Below, piece after piece: positions 1 to 14,128 of a stretch of 64,000 nucleotides of DNA. Source of the stretch: Escherichia coli (GTDB taxonomy: Bacteria > Pseudomonadota > Gammaproteobacteria > Enterobacterales > Enterobacteriaceae); assembly GCF_002854065.1 (NCBI RefSeq), contig NZ_CP024147.1; one strand, 5' to 3'. The translations under genes were made by a program, and so were the position numbers. A model generated the notes under the pieces. The model worked only from the letters and a program-made list of their open reading frames with translations, was not told the DNA's origin and did not search any database. How positions within the stretch are numbered: the first letter of the stretch is position 1; each line of letters begins with the position of its first letter.

Positions 1-212
1 CTTATCTGGCCTGGCTTGATCTACGTCCATTGAATATTGACGACAACGCGTTGCAAAAAGCGCTTATCGAGCAAGAAAAGGTCGCGATCATGCCGGGGTA
101 TACCTACGGTGAAGAAGGTCGTGGTTTTGTCCGTCTCAATGCCGGCTGCCCACGTTCGAAACTGGAAAAAGGTGTGGCTGGATTAATTAACGCCATCCGC
201 GCTGTTCGTTAA
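1..212 (+). CDS. malY: 3' end of upstream gene (start lies outside window); C-terminal ~60 aa of a PLP-dependent aminotransferase-fold protein, consistent with MalY (cystathionine beta-lyase / Mal regulon modulator)
   Basis: ORF track 30..212 ends ...GFVRLNAGCPRSKLEKGVAGLINAIRAVR; position immediately upstream of add matches K-12 gene order. Confidence 0.7.
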   Translation, partial: YLAWLDLRPLNIDDNALQKALIEQEKVAIMPGYTYGEEGRGFVRLNAGCPRSKLEKGVAGLINAIRAVR

Positions 213-315
213 CCCCAATTGCGCAACGTAAAAAATCGTTGCGCAATCGTGGATTTTTACCCTGCTTTGTTTTTATAATGGTGCGCACTTTTATATCCAG
301 AAAAAGAGTGCGACC

Positions 316-1317
316 ATGATTGATACCACCCTGCCATTAACTGATATCCATCGCCACCTTGATGGCAACATTCGTCCCCAGACCATTCTTGAACTTGGCC
401 GCCAGTATAATATCTCGCTTCCTGCACAATCCCTGGAAACACTGATTCCCCACGTTCAGGTCATTGCCAACGAACCCGATCTGGTGAGCTTTCTGACCAA
501 ACTTGACTGGGGCGTTAAAGTTCTCGCCTCTCTTGATGCTTGTCGCCGCGTGGCATTTGAAAACATTGAAGATGCAGCCCGTCACGGCCTGCACTATGTC
601 GAGCTGCGTTTTTCTCCAGGCTACATGGCAATGGCACATCAGCTGCCTGTTGCAGGTGTTGTTGAAGCGGTGATCGATGGCGTACGTGAAGGTTGCCGCA
701 CCTTTGGTGTGCAGGCGAAGCTTATCGGCATTATGAGCCGAACCTTCGGCGAAGCCGCCTGTCAGCAAGAGCTGGAGGCCTTTTTAGCCCACCGTGACCA
801 GATTACCGCACTTGATTTAGCCGGTGATGAACTTGGTTTCCCGGGAAGTCTGTTTCTTTCTCACTTCAACCGCGCGCGTGATGCGGGCTGGCATATTACC
901 GTCCATGCAGGCGAAGCTGCCGGGCCGGAAAGCATCTGGCAGGCGATTCGTGAACTGGGTGCGGAGCGTATTGGACATGGCGTAAAAGCCATTGAAGATC
1001 GGGCGCTGATGGATTTTCTCGCCGAGCAACAAATTGGTATTGAATCCTGTCTGACCTCCAATATTCAGACCAGCACCGTGGCTGAGCTGGCTGCACATCC
1101 GCTGAAAACGTTCCTTGAGCATGGCATTCGTGCCAGCATTAACACTGACGATCCCGGCGTACAGGGAGTGGATATCATTCACGAATATAACGTTGCCGCG
1201 CCAGCTGCTGGGTTATCCCGCGAGCAAATCCGCCAGGCACAGATTAATGGTCTGGAAATGGCTTTCCTCAGCGCTGAGGAAAAACGCGCACTGCGAGAAA
1301 AAGCCGCAGCGAAGTAA
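316..1317 (+). CDS. add: adenosine deaminase
   Basis: 333-aa ORF; recognised sequence ([21 protein letters not shown]..., metal-binding HxH motif near N-terminus). Confidence 0.95.
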   Translation: MIDTTLPLTDIHRHLDGNIRPQTILELGRQYNISLPAQSLETLIPHVQVIANEPDLVSFLTKLDWGVKVLASLDACRRVAFENIEDAARHGLHYVELRFSPGYMAMAHQLPVAGVVEAVIDGVREGCRTFGVQAKLIGIMSRTFGEAACQQELEAFLAHRDQITALDLAGDELGFPGSLFLSHFNRARDAGWHITVHAGEAAGPESIWQAIRELGAERIGHGVKAIEDRALMDFLAEQQIGIESCLTSNIQTSTVAELAAHPLKTFLEHGIRASINTDDPGVQGVDIIHEYNVAAPAAGLSREQIRQAQINGLEMAFLSAEEKRALREKAAAK

Positions 1318-1352
1318 CAAAAATGGATGGTGCAAATTGCACCATCCATTTT

Positions 1353-2393
1353 TCATGCAAGGCACAAAGTCGCGCGATGTTTGGCGGATTCAATGCCCAG
1401 CTCAATCAACTCCATTACCTGGATTGCCTGGCTTGCCGGAACCGGATTTTCACCATCGCCATTTAACGCATCACGAATCGCCGCATAGTAAGCCGGATAA
1501 TTCCCAGGCACCGTCAACAGCGTTTCTTCGACACGTTCCTCACCTACCACGCGGGTAAGTACGCCATCACGCATATCGTAGCCCCAGTCTTCCTGCGGCA
1601 GACGCTCGCCACTTTTCAGACGTTCTTCCTGTGGATCGAGGCCATATTTCACATAACTGCCTCGGGATCCATGCACGATATACCGTGCTGACTCAGCGGC
1701 TGCCAGCATGGTACCGTGTAAAATGACTCGCCGCTGTGGATAGGACAAGATGGCGTGGAAATAATCGGTCGACTGCGCTCCGGGCCGTAACTGTGCCAAA
1801 TCTACCGTCATGCTGACCGGTAAACCAAATAGCGTAATGGCCTGATCAAGAAGATGTGGTGCTAAATCGTACCAGATACCGCTGCCTGGGCCGCCCTGTT
1901 CACGCCAACGATCGCGCACCTGCGGACGGAAGCGGTCAAAATGAGACTCAAAGTAAGCAACTTCACCCAGCACGCCTTCCGCGAGCAAACCTTTTAGCGT
2001 CAAGAAATCGCTATCCCAACGACGGTTATGGAATACAGACAGCACACGCCCCAGGCTTTTTGCCAGCGCATCCAGCTCTCGCGCTTGTGACAGTGTCACG
2101 GTAAAGGGTTTATCAACGACCACATGTTTACCCGCCTCAAGCGCCGCTTTGGCTAACAGGAAATGGGTATCGTTGGGTGTAGGAATGACAATCAGGTCTA
2201 TGTTGGGATCGTTAAACAGATGCTTCGGCTCAGAGACAACCGTAACCGTTGGCCAGTCGGCTTTTACTTTTGTTTCATCACTGCTGGAGATTACCGCCAG
2301 TTCCAGCCCGGGCGTGCCCGCAATCAGGGGCGCATGGAAGGTTTTGCTCGCATAACCATACCCAATCAACCCAACACGGATGTTGTCGCTCAT
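1353..2393 (-). CDS. ydgJ: Gfo/Idh/MocA-family NAD(P)-dependent oxidoreductase
   Basis: ORF track 1353..2432; start trimmed to ATG at 2391-2393 (MSDNIRVGLIGYGYASK Rossmann motif) preceded by GAGAGG-like RBS; 346 aa. Confidence 0.9.
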   Translation of the reverse strand: MSDNIRVGLIGYGYASKTFHAPLIAGTPGLELAVISSSDETKVKADWPTVTVVSEPKHLFNDPNIDLIVIPTPNDTHFLLAKAALEAGKHVVVDKPFTVTLSQARELDALAKSLGRVLSVFHNRRWDSDFLTLKGLLAEGVLGEVAYFESHFDRFRPQVRDRWREQGGPGSGIWYDLAPHLLDQAITLFGLPVSMTVDLAQLRPGAQSTDYFHAILSYPQRRVILHGTMLAAAESARYIVHGSRGSYVKYGLDPQEERLKSGERLPQEDWGYDMRDGVLTRVVGEERVEETLLTVPGNYPAYYAAIRDALNGDGENPVPASQAIQVMELIELGIESAKHRATLCLA

Positions 2394-2635
2394 GTCATTG
2401 CCTCTCATTGAAGTATGATGGCTATTTGACACTATCCTTTACCCTCGCTCAACAGTTTAATAACCTGCCAGCAATAAGGGATGTTGTTTAACTTAAGTCA
2501 AAAAAATAGCGATTTTTCCAACGACAAAAGCTAAATATCGCAAAAACCTCAGTAAAAATCTTGCTGGAGCTATTATTGCTAAGTAACATTTACCCCCTGA
2601 AGTTAATGGATCAATCAACAGAGATGTGAGTTGTA

Positions 2636-2761
2636 ATGAATCGTCTTATTGAATTAACAGGTTGGATCGTTCTTGTCGTTTCAGTCATTCTTCTTGGCGT
2701 GGCGAGTCACATTGACAACTATCAGCCACCTGAACAGAGTACTACGGTACAACACAAGTAA
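2636..2761 (+). CDS. blr: 41-aa small membrane protein Blr (beta-lactam resistance / divisome-associated)
   Basis: Hand-translated: MNRLIELTGWIVLVVSVILLGVASHIDNYQPPEQSTTVQHK, stop TAA; below the 60-aa ORF-track cutoff; single hydrophobic helix. Confidence 0.85.
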   Translation: MNRLIELTGWIVLVVSVILLGVASHIDNYQPPEQSTTVQHK

Positions 2762-3033
2762 GCTCTGCGCTTGTAGAGCGACATGCTGCCCGTCCGGGTG
2801 CATGTTTTCACTTGTCGGATATTAAACCAGGAATTTATTATCTTGTTCGGTGTTGTTGGTGATTGTCAGGGATAGTAAAGCGCGTTACTCTTTTCATAGC
2901 AGTTTTTCATCCCTGAATATTTGCCATCAGCGCATTCTTATTATTGTAATAACACAAGCGTTCACTTTTGGTGAAATTTTATCATCACTAATAATACCTA
3001 CCCCTTTGGTATTAATTATTTTATGGACCTTTT

Positions 3034-3249
3034 ATGACTGTTCAGGACTACTTATTAAAATTTCGCAAAATCAGTTCACTCGAAAGTCTGGAAAAACTCT
3101 ACGACCATCTTAATTACACCCTGACGGACGATCAGGAACTGATCAATATGTATCGTGCTGCCGATCACCGTCGCGCAGAGCTGGTTTCTGGCGGGCGTTT
3201 GTTTGACCTTGGCCAGGTACCGAAGTCCGTCTGGCACTATGTCCAATAA
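3034..3249 (+). CDS. cnu: Hha/YmoA-family nucleoid-associated protein Cnu (OriC-binding nucleoid-associated protein)
   Basis: 71-aa [31 protein letters not shown]... recognised. Confidence 0.93.
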
Positions 3250-3334
3250 AGAAAGTAGCGATCGGTTATAAAAGCCTTATAATAACGCCCCTAAAATTAG
3301 ATTTGCCTGTTTGCGTCGCTATTCTGGAGAACCT

Positions 3335-3775
3335 ATGACCACCACAACGCCACAACGTATTGGAGGCTGGTTGCTTGGCCCGTTGGCCTGGCTTTTAGTC
3401 GCTCTGTTAAGTACGACGCTGGCGTTGTTGCTGTATACCGCTGCGTTATCTTCTCCGCAAACATTTCAAACGCTCGGCGCACAAGCACTGACGACACAAA
3501 TCTTATGGGGCGTTTCTTTTATTACCGCTATCGCCATGTGGTATTACACACTGTGGTTGACCATCGCTTTCTTTAAACGTCGGCGTTGTGTTCCTAAACA
3601 CTATATTATCTGGCTGCTTATTTCCGTATTGCTGGCAGTAAAAGCGTTCGCTTTTTCACCCGTGGAAGATGGCATAGCCGTTCGCCAGTTGCTGTTTACT
3701 TTGTTGGCAACCGCATTGATCGTCCCCTATTTCAAACGCTCGTCGCGGGTGAAAGCGACGTTTGTGAATCCGTAA
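3335..3775 (+). CDS. ydgK: inner membrane protein YdgK (DUF2569)
   Basis: ORF track 3311..3775; start trimmed to internal ATG (MTTTTPQRIGGWLLG...) giving 146 aa; multiple hydrophobic helices. Confidence 0.85.
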   Translation: MTTTTPQRIGGWLLGPLAWLLVALLSTTLALLLYTAALSSPQTFQTLGAQALTTQILWGVSFITAIAMWYYTLWLTIAFFKRRRCVPKHYIIWLLISVLLAVKAFAFSPVEDGIAVRQLLFTLLATALIVPYFKRSSRVKATFVNP

Positions 3776-3851
3776 TAACCTTACAGTTAACCTGTTGTCG
3801 CCTGCTCTGGATTAACGGATAATAGGCGGCTTTTTTATTTCAGGCCGAAAA

Positions 3852-4432
3852 ATGACTGACTACCTGTTACTGTTTGTTGGAACTGTACTGGTCAATAACT
3901 TTGTACTGGTCAAGTTTCTCGGTCTCTGTCCGTTTATGGGAGTTTCCAAAAAGCTGGAAACCGCGATGGGCATGGGGCTGGCAACAACGTTTGTGATGAC
4001 GCTGGCGTCTATTTGCGCCTGGCTTATCGATACGTGGATTTTGATCCCACTTAATCTGATTTACCTGCGCACCCTGGCATTTATTCTGGTGATTGCTGTG
4101 GTCGTGCAGTTCACCGAGATGGTGGTGCGCAAAACCAGCCCGGTGCTTTACCGTTTGCTGGGGATTTTTTTGCCGCTTATCACCACCAACTGTGCCGTGC
4201 TCGGCGTGGCGTTGCTGAATATCAATCTCGGGCACAATTTCTTGCAGTCGGCGCTGTACGGTTTTTCCGCCGCTGTCGGTTTTTCGCTGGTGATGGTTCT
4301 CTTCGCAGCCATCCGCGAACGCCTTGCTGTGGCTGATGTCCCGGCACCTTTTCGCGGTAATGCCATTGCGTTAATTACCGCAGGTCTTATGTCTCTGGCC
4401 TTTATGGGCTTTAGTGGTTTGGTGAAGTTGTA

Positions 4433-4433
<1 letters not shown>
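3852..4433 (+). CDS. rsxA: Rsx/Rnf ion-translocating oxidoreductase complex subunit A
   Basis: 193-aa polytopic membrane ORF; recognised; first gene of rsxABCDGE-nth cluster. Confidence 0.95.
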
Positions 4434-7322
<2,889 letters not shown>

Positions 7323-8381
7323 ATGGTATTCAGAATAGCTAGCTCCCCTTATACCCATAACCAGCGCCAGACATCGCGCATTATGCTGTTGGCGTTGCTC
7401 GCAGCCGTGCCAGGAATCGCAGCGCAACTGTGGTTTTTTGGTTGGGGTACTCTCGTTCAGATCCTGTTGGCGTCGGTCAGTGCTCTGTTAGCCGAAGCTC
7501 TCGTACTCAAACTACGCAAGCAGTCGGTAGCCGCAACGTTGAAAGATAACTCAGCATTGCTGACAGGCTTATTGCTGGCGGTAAGTATTCCCCCCCTCGC
7601 GCCATGGTGGATGGTCGTGCTGGGTACGGTGTTTGCGGTGATCATCGCTAAACAGTTATATGGCGGTCTGGGACAAAACCCGTTTAATCCGGCAATGATT
7701 GGTTATGTGGTCTTACTGATCTCCTTCCCGGTGCAGATGACCAGCTGGTTACCGCCACATGAAATTGCGGTCAACATCCCTGGTTTTATCGACGCCATAC
7801 AGGTTATTTTCAGCGGGCATACCGCCAGTGGTGGTGATATGAACACACTACGCTTAGGTATTGATGGCATTAGTCAGGCGACACCGCTGGATACATTTAA
7901 AACCTCTGTCCGTGCCGGTCATTCGGTTGAACAGATTATGCAATATCCTATCTACAGCGGTATGCTGGCGGGCGCTGGTTGGCAATGGGTAAATCTCGCC
8001 TGGCTGGCTGGCGGCGTGTGGTTGCTATGGCAGAAAGCGATTCGCTGGCATATTCCCCTCAGCTTCTTAGTAACGCTGACGTTATGCGCAACGTTGGGCT
8101 GGTTGTTCTCACCAGAAACACTGGCAGCACCGCAAATTCATCTGCTGTCTGGAGCGACCATGCTCGGCGCATTCTTTATTTTGACTGACCCGGTTACCGC
8201 TTCTACGACCAATCGTGGTCGTCTTATTTTCGGCGCGCTTGCGGGCTTATTAGTCTGGTTGATCCGCAGTTTCGGCGGCTATCCTGACGGCGTGGCTTTT
8301 GCCGTCCTGCTGGCGAACATCACGGTTCCTCTGATCGATTACTACACCCGTCCGCGCGTCTACGGCCATCGCAAAGGGTAA
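7323..8381 (+). CDS. rsxD: Rsx/Rnf complex subunit D (membrane, FMN-binding)
   Basis: 352-aa polytopic membrane ORF; recognised. Confidence 0.95.
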   Translation: MVFRIASSPYTHNQRQTSRIMLLALLAAVPGIAAQLWFFGWGTLVQILLASVSALLAEALVLKLRKQSVAATLKDNSALLTGLLLAVSIPPLAPWWMVVLGTVFAVIIAKQLYGGLGQNPFNPAMIGYVVLLISFPVQMTSWLPPHEIAVNIPGFIDAIQVIFSGHTASGGDMNTLRLGIDGISQATPLDTFKTSVRAGHSVEQIMQYPIYSGMLAGAGWQWVNLAWLAGGVWLLWQKAIRWHIPLSFLVTLTLCATLGWLFSPETLAAPQIHLLSGATMLGAFFILTDPVTASTTNRGRLIFGALAGLLVWLIRSFGGYPDGVAFAVLLANITVPLIDYYTRPRVYGHRKG

Positions 8382-8384
8382 ACC

Positions 8385-9005
8385 ATGCTGAAAACTATCC
8401 GAAAACACGGCATTACGTTAGCGCTATTTGCAGCGGGTTCAACAGGGTTAACTGCGGCCATCAACCAGATGACCAAAACGACGATTGCTGAACAGGCCAG
8501 TCTGCAACAAAAGGCATTATTTGATCAGGTGCTGCCAGCCGAACGCTATAACAATGCGCTGGCACAGAGTTGCTATCTGGTAACTGCGCCAGAGTTAGGT
8601 AAAGGTGAGCATCGGGTTTACATCGCCAAACAGGATGACAAACCGGTAGCCGCCGTTCTGGAAGCAACCGCACCAGATGGCTATTCCGGTGCGATTCAGC
8701 TGCTGGTGGGAGCCGATTTTAACGGCACGGTACTTGGCACGCGCGTGACAGAGCACCACGAAACGCCAGGTCTTGGCGATAAAATCGAACTGCGCCTTTC
8801 TGACTGGATCACCCATTTTGCGGGTAAAAAAATCAGTGGTGCGGATGATGCGCACTGGGCGGTGAAGAAAGATGGTGGTGATTTCGACCAGTTCACCGGC
8901 GCGACGATTACTCCCCGCGCGGTGGTTAATGCGGTAAAACGCGCCGGATTGTACGCTCAGACGTTACCGGCACAACTTTCTCAACTTCCTGCCTGTGGAG
9001 AATAA
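8385..9005 (+). CDS. rsxG: Rsx/Rnf complex subunit G (periplasmic FMN-binding)
   Basis: 206-aa ORF; recognised. Confidence 0.95.
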   Translation: MLKTIRKHGITLALFAAGSTGLTAAINQMTKTTIAEQASLQQKALFDQVLPAERYNNALAQSCYLVTAPELGKGEHRVYIAKQDDKPVAAVLEATAPDGYSGAIQLLVGADFNGTVLGTRVTEHHETPGLGDKIELRLSDWITHFAGKKISGADDAHWAVKKDGGDFDQFTGATITPRAVVNAVKRAGLYAQTLPAQLSQLPACGE

Positions 9006-9008
9006 AGC

Positions 9009-9704
9009 GTGAGCGAAATTAAAGACGTTATTGTTCAGGGGTTGTGGAAAAACAACTCTGCGCTGGTCCAGTTGCTCGGCCTTTGTCCTCTGTTGGCGGT
9101 CACGTCCACTGCCACTAACGCTCTGGGTTTAGGACTTGCGACTACGCTGGTACTGACGCTGACCAACCTGACCATTTCGACGCTGCGTCACTGGACGCCA
9201 GCCGAGATCCGCATTCCCATTTACGTGATGATCATCGCCTCGGTGGTCAGCGCTGTACAGATGCTGATCAACGCCTACGCCTTTGGCCTGTATCAATCAT
9301 TAGGGATTTTTATTCCGCTGATTGTCACTAACTGTATCGTTGTGGGCCGCGCTGAAGCCTTCGCCGCCAAAAAAGGTCCGGCGCTTTCGGCACTGGACGG
9401 CTTTTCAATTGGTATGGGCGCAACCTGCGCCATGTTCGTGCTGGGTTCACTACGCGAAATTATCGGCAATGGCACATTGTTTGACGGTGCAGATGCGCTG
9501 TTAGGTAGCTGGGCAAAAGTATTACGCGTGGAGATTTTCCACACCGACTCCCCTTTCCTGCTGGCGATGCTGCCACCAGGTGCATTTATTGGCCTGGGAC
9601 TGATGCTGGCAGGAAAATACCTGATTGATGAAAGAATGAAAAAGCGCCGTACTGAAGCAGCTGCCGAACGTGCATTGCCAAACGGTGAAACAGGGAATGT
9701 CTGA
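9009..9704 (+). CDS. rsxE: Rsx/Rnf complex subunit E
   Basis: 231-aa membrane ORF, GTG start; recognised ([27 protein letters not shown]...). Confidence 0.93.
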
Positions 9705-10339
9705 TGAACAAAGCAAAACGCCTGGAGATCCTCACTCGCCTGCGTGAGAACAATCCTCATCCCACCACCGAGCTTAATTTCAGTTCGCCTTTTGAATTGC
9801 TGATTGCCGTACTGCTTTCCGCTCAGGCGACCGATGTCAGTGTTAATAAGGCGACGGCGAAACTCTACCCGGTGGCGAATACGCCTGCAGCGATGCTTGA
9901 ACTGGGCGTTGAAGGGGTGAAAACCTATATCAAAACGATTGGGCTTTATAACAGCAAAGCAGAAAATATCATCAAAACCTGCCGTATCTTACTGGAGCAG
10001 CATAATGGCGAGGTTCCGGAAGATCGTGCTGCGCTTGAAGCCCTGCCCGGCGTAGGTCGTAAAACAGCCAACGTCGTATTAAACACTGCATTCGGCTGGC
10101 CGACTATTGCTGTCGACACGCACATTTTCCGCGTTTGTAATCGTACTCAATTTGCGCCGGGGAAAAACGTCGAACAGGTAGAAGAAAAGCTACTGAAAGT
10201 GGTTCCGGCAGAGTTTAAAGTCGACTGCCACCATTGGTTGATCCTGCACGGGCGTTATACCTGCATTGCCCGCAAGCCCCGCTGTGGCTCTTGTATTATT
10301 GAAGATCTTTGTGAATACAAAGAGAAAGTTGACATCTGA
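9704..10339 (+). CDS. nth: endonuclease III (DNA glycosylase / AP lyase)
   Basis: 211-aa ORF; helix-hairpin-helix region and C-terminal 4Fe-4S motif CIARKPRCGSCIIEDLC; start overlaps rsxE stop. Confidence 0.95.
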   Translation: MNKAKRLEILTRLRENNPHPTTELNFSSPFELLIAVLLSAQATDVSVNKATAKLYPVANTPAAMLELGVEGVKTYIKTIGLYNSKAENIIKTCRILLEQHNGEVPEDRAALEALPGVGRKTANVVLNTAFGWPTIAVDTHIFRVCNRTQFAPGKNVEQVEEKLLKVVPAEFKVDCHHWLILHGRYTCIARKPRCGSCIIEDLCEYKEKVDI

Positions 10340-10949
10340 AGAAAAGGGGTAACACCGATTACCCCATTGATAACCTTTCTTTATCCTCTTTTAAAACATC
10401 TTTTTAACGTCAATGATGCCATTGCTTAGCGTTATCATCAGGTAATCCGTTTGCGAATAACCAAAAATGCAGGTTAATTGTTTTTTTAATAGCGAAATTT
10501 TCTATTCATTCGTGATCAAGATCACGATGCTGTGGCAATGTAAAAACATTGCAAGAATCAGGTTAAAATCATTTAAATTTACATACGCAACAAATATTGA
10601 CCTACAAAACATTACACTGGCTATTTTTCAGAAACTGGACTATCTCACTAGGAAAAACGCTAAATAGCAGAACATATCGCCGTCAAGCCATCATCCCCCT
10701 CTCAATGCAGTGAAAAAATCTGCCGTTACGTTTTTTGAAAAATTTAACGCTGGATAACATTTCCCGGAATGGTTGAATTCCCCGCCTCAGTTATATGTAA
10801 CAGATTATTACAAAGGACTTGTCTGAAAGTGCAAGATAGTGAACATTACCTGCCGTTTCCCCTCCCACTATAACAATTGCGCGTATGTTTTTTAGACATA
10901 ACGCGAGAAAGCACCCCCGTTAATATGGGATGTAAAAAAAGAGGTAAAA

Positions 10950-12452
10950 GTGTCCACTGCAAACCAAAAACCAACTGAAAGCGTCAGTTTGAACGCTTTC
11001 AAACAACCGAAGGCGTTCTATCTCATTTTCTCGATTGAGTTATGGGAACGTTTTGGTTATTACGGCCTACAAGGAATTATGGCTGTTTACCTGGTTAAAC
11101 AACTGGGTATGTCTGAAGCGGATTCAATCACCCTTTTCTCTTCCTTTAGTGCCCTGGTTTATGGTCTGGTCGCTATCGGCGGCTGGTTAGGTGACAAGGT
11201 ACTGGGTACTAAACGCGTAATTATGCTTGGCGCTATTGTGCTGGCGATTGGTTATGCTCTGGTTGCCTGGTCTGGTCACGACGCCGGTATCGTTTATATG
11301 GGTATGGCGGCTATTGCGGTCGGTAACGGCCTGTTTAAGGCTAACCCGTCTTCTCTGCTTTCTACATGCTATGAGAAAAACGACCCGCGTCTGGACGGTG
11401 CATTCACCATGTACTACATGTCCGTCAACATCGGCTCTTTCTTCTCTATGATTGCTACGCCGTGGCTGGCCGCGAAATACGGCTGGAGCGTTGCGTTTGC
11501 ATTGAGCGTTGTAGGCCTGCTGATCACTATCGTTAACTTCGCCTTCTGCCAACGCTGGGTTAAACAGTACGGTTCAAAACCAGACTTCGAGCCTATCAAC
11601 TACCGTAACCTGCTGCTGACCATTATTGGTGTTGTGGCACTGATCGCTATCGCCACCTGGCTGCTGCACAATCAGGAAGTTGCGCGTATGGCGCTGGGCG
11701 TTGTTGCCTTTGGTATCGTGGTTATCTTCGGTAAAGAAGCCTTCGCGATGAAAGGTGCTGCGCGTCGTAAAATGATCGTTGCCTTCATCCTGATGCTCGA
11801 AGCCATTATCTTCTTCGTGCTGTACAGCCAGATGCCAACGTCACTGAACTTCTTTGCGATTCGTAACGTTGAACACACCATTCTGGGCCTGGCCGTAGAA
11901 CCTGAGCAGTATCAGGCACTGAACCCGTTCTGGATCATCATTGGTAGCCCGATTCTGGCCGCTATCTATAACAAGATGGGCGATACTCTGCCGATGCCAA
12001 CTAAGTTTGCAATCGGTATGGTGATGTGTTCTGGTGCGTTCCTGATTCTGCCGCTGGGTGCAAAATTCGCGTCTGACGCAGGTATCGTGTCTGTAAGCTG
12101 GCTGGTCGCAAGCTATGGCCTGCAGAGTATCGGGGAACTGATGATCTCTGGTCTGGGTCTGGCAATGGTTGCACAACTCGTTCCGCAGCGTCTGATGGGC
12201 TTCATTATGGGTAGCTGGTTCCTGACCACTGCCGGTGCAAACCTGATTGGTGGTTATGTTGCGGGTATGATGGCTGTGCCGGATAACGTTACCGATCCGC
12301 TGATGTCACTGGAAGTCTATGGTCGCGTATTCTTGCAGATTGGTGTCGCTACTGCCGTTATTGCAGTACTGATGCTGTTTACCGCGCCGAAACTGCACCG
12401 CATGACGCAGGATGACGCTGCTGACAAAGCGGCGAAAGCTGCTGTAGCGTAA
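10950..12452 (+). CDS. dtpA: proton-dependent di/tripeptide permease (POT/PTR2 family)
   Basis: 500-aa polytopic membrane ORF with GTG start; recognised (formerly tppB/ydgR). Confidence 0.93.
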
Positions 12453-12473
12453 AATTCAGGGAAACTCTTTTAC

Positions 12474-12508
12474 AAGCCGCTAACTTTTCGTTAGCGGCTT
12501 TTTTTTTG
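12474..12508 (+). terminator. rho-independent terminator after dtpA
   Basis: GC-rich hairpin agccgctaac/ttttcg/ttagcggct followed by T9 run. Confidence 0.8.
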
Positions 12509-12557
12509 TTCAGCAACGCACTACCATACTTTAAACCACAGACAAAAGGAGTTACCG

Positions 12558-13163
12558 ATGAAATTGTTCTACAAACCGGGCGCCTGCTCTCTCGCTTCCC
12601 ATATCACCCTGCGTGAGAGCGGAAAGGATTTTACGCTCGTCAGTGTGGATTTAATGAAAAAACGTCTCGAAAACGGTGACGATTACTTTGCCGTTAACCC
12701 TAAGGGACAGGTACCTGCATTGCTGCTGGATGACGGTACTTTGCTGACGGAAGGTGTAGCGATTATGCAGTATCTTGCCGACAGCGTCCCCGACCGCCAG
12801 TTGCTGGCACCGGTAAACAGTATTTCCCGCTATAAAACCATCGAATGGCTGAATTACATCGCCACCGAGCTGCATAAAGGTTTCACACCTCTGTTTCGCC
12901 CTGATACACCGGAAGAGTACAAACCGACAGTTCGCGCGCAACTGGAGAAGAAGCTGCAATATGTGAACGAGGCACTGAAGGATGAGCACTGGATCTGCGG
13001 GCAAAGATTTACAATTGCTGATGCCTATCTGTTTACGGTTCTGCGCTGGGCATACGCGGTGAAACTGAATCTGGAAGGGTTAGAGCACATTGCGGCATTT
13101 ATGCAACGTATGGCTGAACGTCCGGAAGTACAAGACGCGCTGTCAGCGGAAAGCTTAAAGTAA
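12558..13163 (+). CDS. gstA: glutathione S-transferase
   Basis: 201-aa ORF; recognised ([22 protein letters not shown]...). Confidence 0.95.
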   Translation: MKLFYKPGACSLASHITLRESGKDFTLVSVDLMKKRLENGDDYFAVNPKGQVPALLLDDGTLLTEGVAIMQYLADSVPDRQLLAPVNSISRYKTIEWLNYIATELHKGFTPLFRPDTPEEYKPTVRAQLEKKLQYVNEALKDEHWICGQRFTIADAYLFTVLRWAYAVKLNLEGLEHIAAFMQRMAERPEVQDALSAESLK

Positions 13164-13170
13164 TAGCCAT

Positions 13171-13193
13171 CGGCCCACAGGTCGTTGTGGGCC
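13171..13193. terminator. hairpin between convergent gstA and pdxY (probable bidirectional terminator)
   Basis: cggcccaca-ggtcgt-tgtgggccg inverted repeat, 9-bp GC-rich stem. Confidence 0.5.
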
Positions 13194-13206
13194 GAAATGA
13201 GATATT

Positions 13207-14070
13207 TCAGAGCTTTGTTGCGCTGAAGTAATGTTCTGGTTTGGCAATACGATCCTGAGCAGCCACCACTTGCAGCTCATATTCCTGCATTGCTTTGGTG
13301 GTCACCATGATTTCGTAGACTGCAGCGGTCACATGTTCCAGGGCCTCCTGCAGCGTTGCCCCCTGAAGCAGTTTCACCAGCAGTAAACCGCTCGTCACAT
13401 CACCAACACCTACCGGCTGGCGCATACCAAAATCCACCAGTGGACGGCTGATATGCCAGGCTTCATCGGCGGTGACCAGCAACATTTCAAAACGGTCACG
13501 GCTGTAGCCAGCTCGCGCCAGGTGTTTAACCAATACAATTTGTGGCCCTTGCGCAATGAGTTCGCGCGCTGCCAGAACCGCTTCTTCGACGTTATTTACC
13601 GGATGCTCACAGAGTATTTCCAGCTCAACAAGATTCGGCGCAATGATATCGCTGGCAGGCAAACCGTGCCGCACATGAAACTCTGCGACACCCGGTGCAA
13701 CGATACAGCCTTTTTCCGGATGACCCATTACCGGATCGCAAAAATATTTCGCCTGCGGATTCGCTGCTTTCACCTGACGGACGATACCGAGGATATGTTC
13801 ACCCTGCTCCGCCGATCCCAGATAGCCACTTAATACGGCATCACAGGTGTGTAATTTATCAATGGCGGCAATGCCTTGCACAATTTCGGTTAAATGGCTG
13901 GGCGGCATCACGCAGCCAGTCCATTTGCCGTATTGGGTGTGATTAGAAAATTGAACGGTGTTCAGCGGCCAGACGTTCGCGCCCAGGCGGCGCATCGGAA
14001 ACTCTGCCGCACTGTTACCCGCATGACCATAAACAACGTGAGACTGGATAGCGAGAATATTTTTCATCAT
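13207..14070 (-). CDS. pdxY: pyridoxal kinase 2 (pyridoxamine kinase)
   Basis: 287-aa ORF; recognised; ribokinase-like fold. Confidence 0.93.
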   Translation of the reverse strand: MMKNILAIQSHVVYGHAGNSAAEFPMRRLGANVWPLNTVQFSNHTQYGKWTGCVMPPSHLTEIVQGIAAIDKLHTCDAVLSGYLGSAEQGEHILGIVRQVKAANPQAKYFCDPVMGHPEKGCIVAPGVAEFHVRHGLPASDIIAPNLVELEILCEHPVNNVEEAVLAARELIAQGPQIVLVKHLARAGYSRDRFEMLLVTADEAWHISRPLVDFGMRQPVGVGDVTSGLLLVKLLQGATLQEALEHVTAAVYEIMVTTKAMQEYELQVVAAQDRIAKPEHYFSATKL

Positions 14071-14128
14071 GTTCCCTGTATAAAAACCAGGGGGAGTGAT
14101 TTCTCACTCCCCCTTTCCACTTAATGCA

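Noticed and set aside
1115-1558. 147-aa plus-strand ORF spanning the add 3' end and ydgJ 3' end
   Set aside because: Overlaps two recognised convergent genes in alternative frames; no start context.
2850-3113. 87-aa ORF overlapping the cnu start
   Set aside because: Overlaps the cnu promoter and 5' end in another frame; hydrophobic low-complexity product from AT-rich DNA; cnu is the recognised gene here.
10467-10667. 66-aa ORF in the nth-dtpA intergenic region
   Set aside because: AT-rich promoter region; no RBS; composition looks non-coding. The region is better explained as dtpA regulatory DNA.
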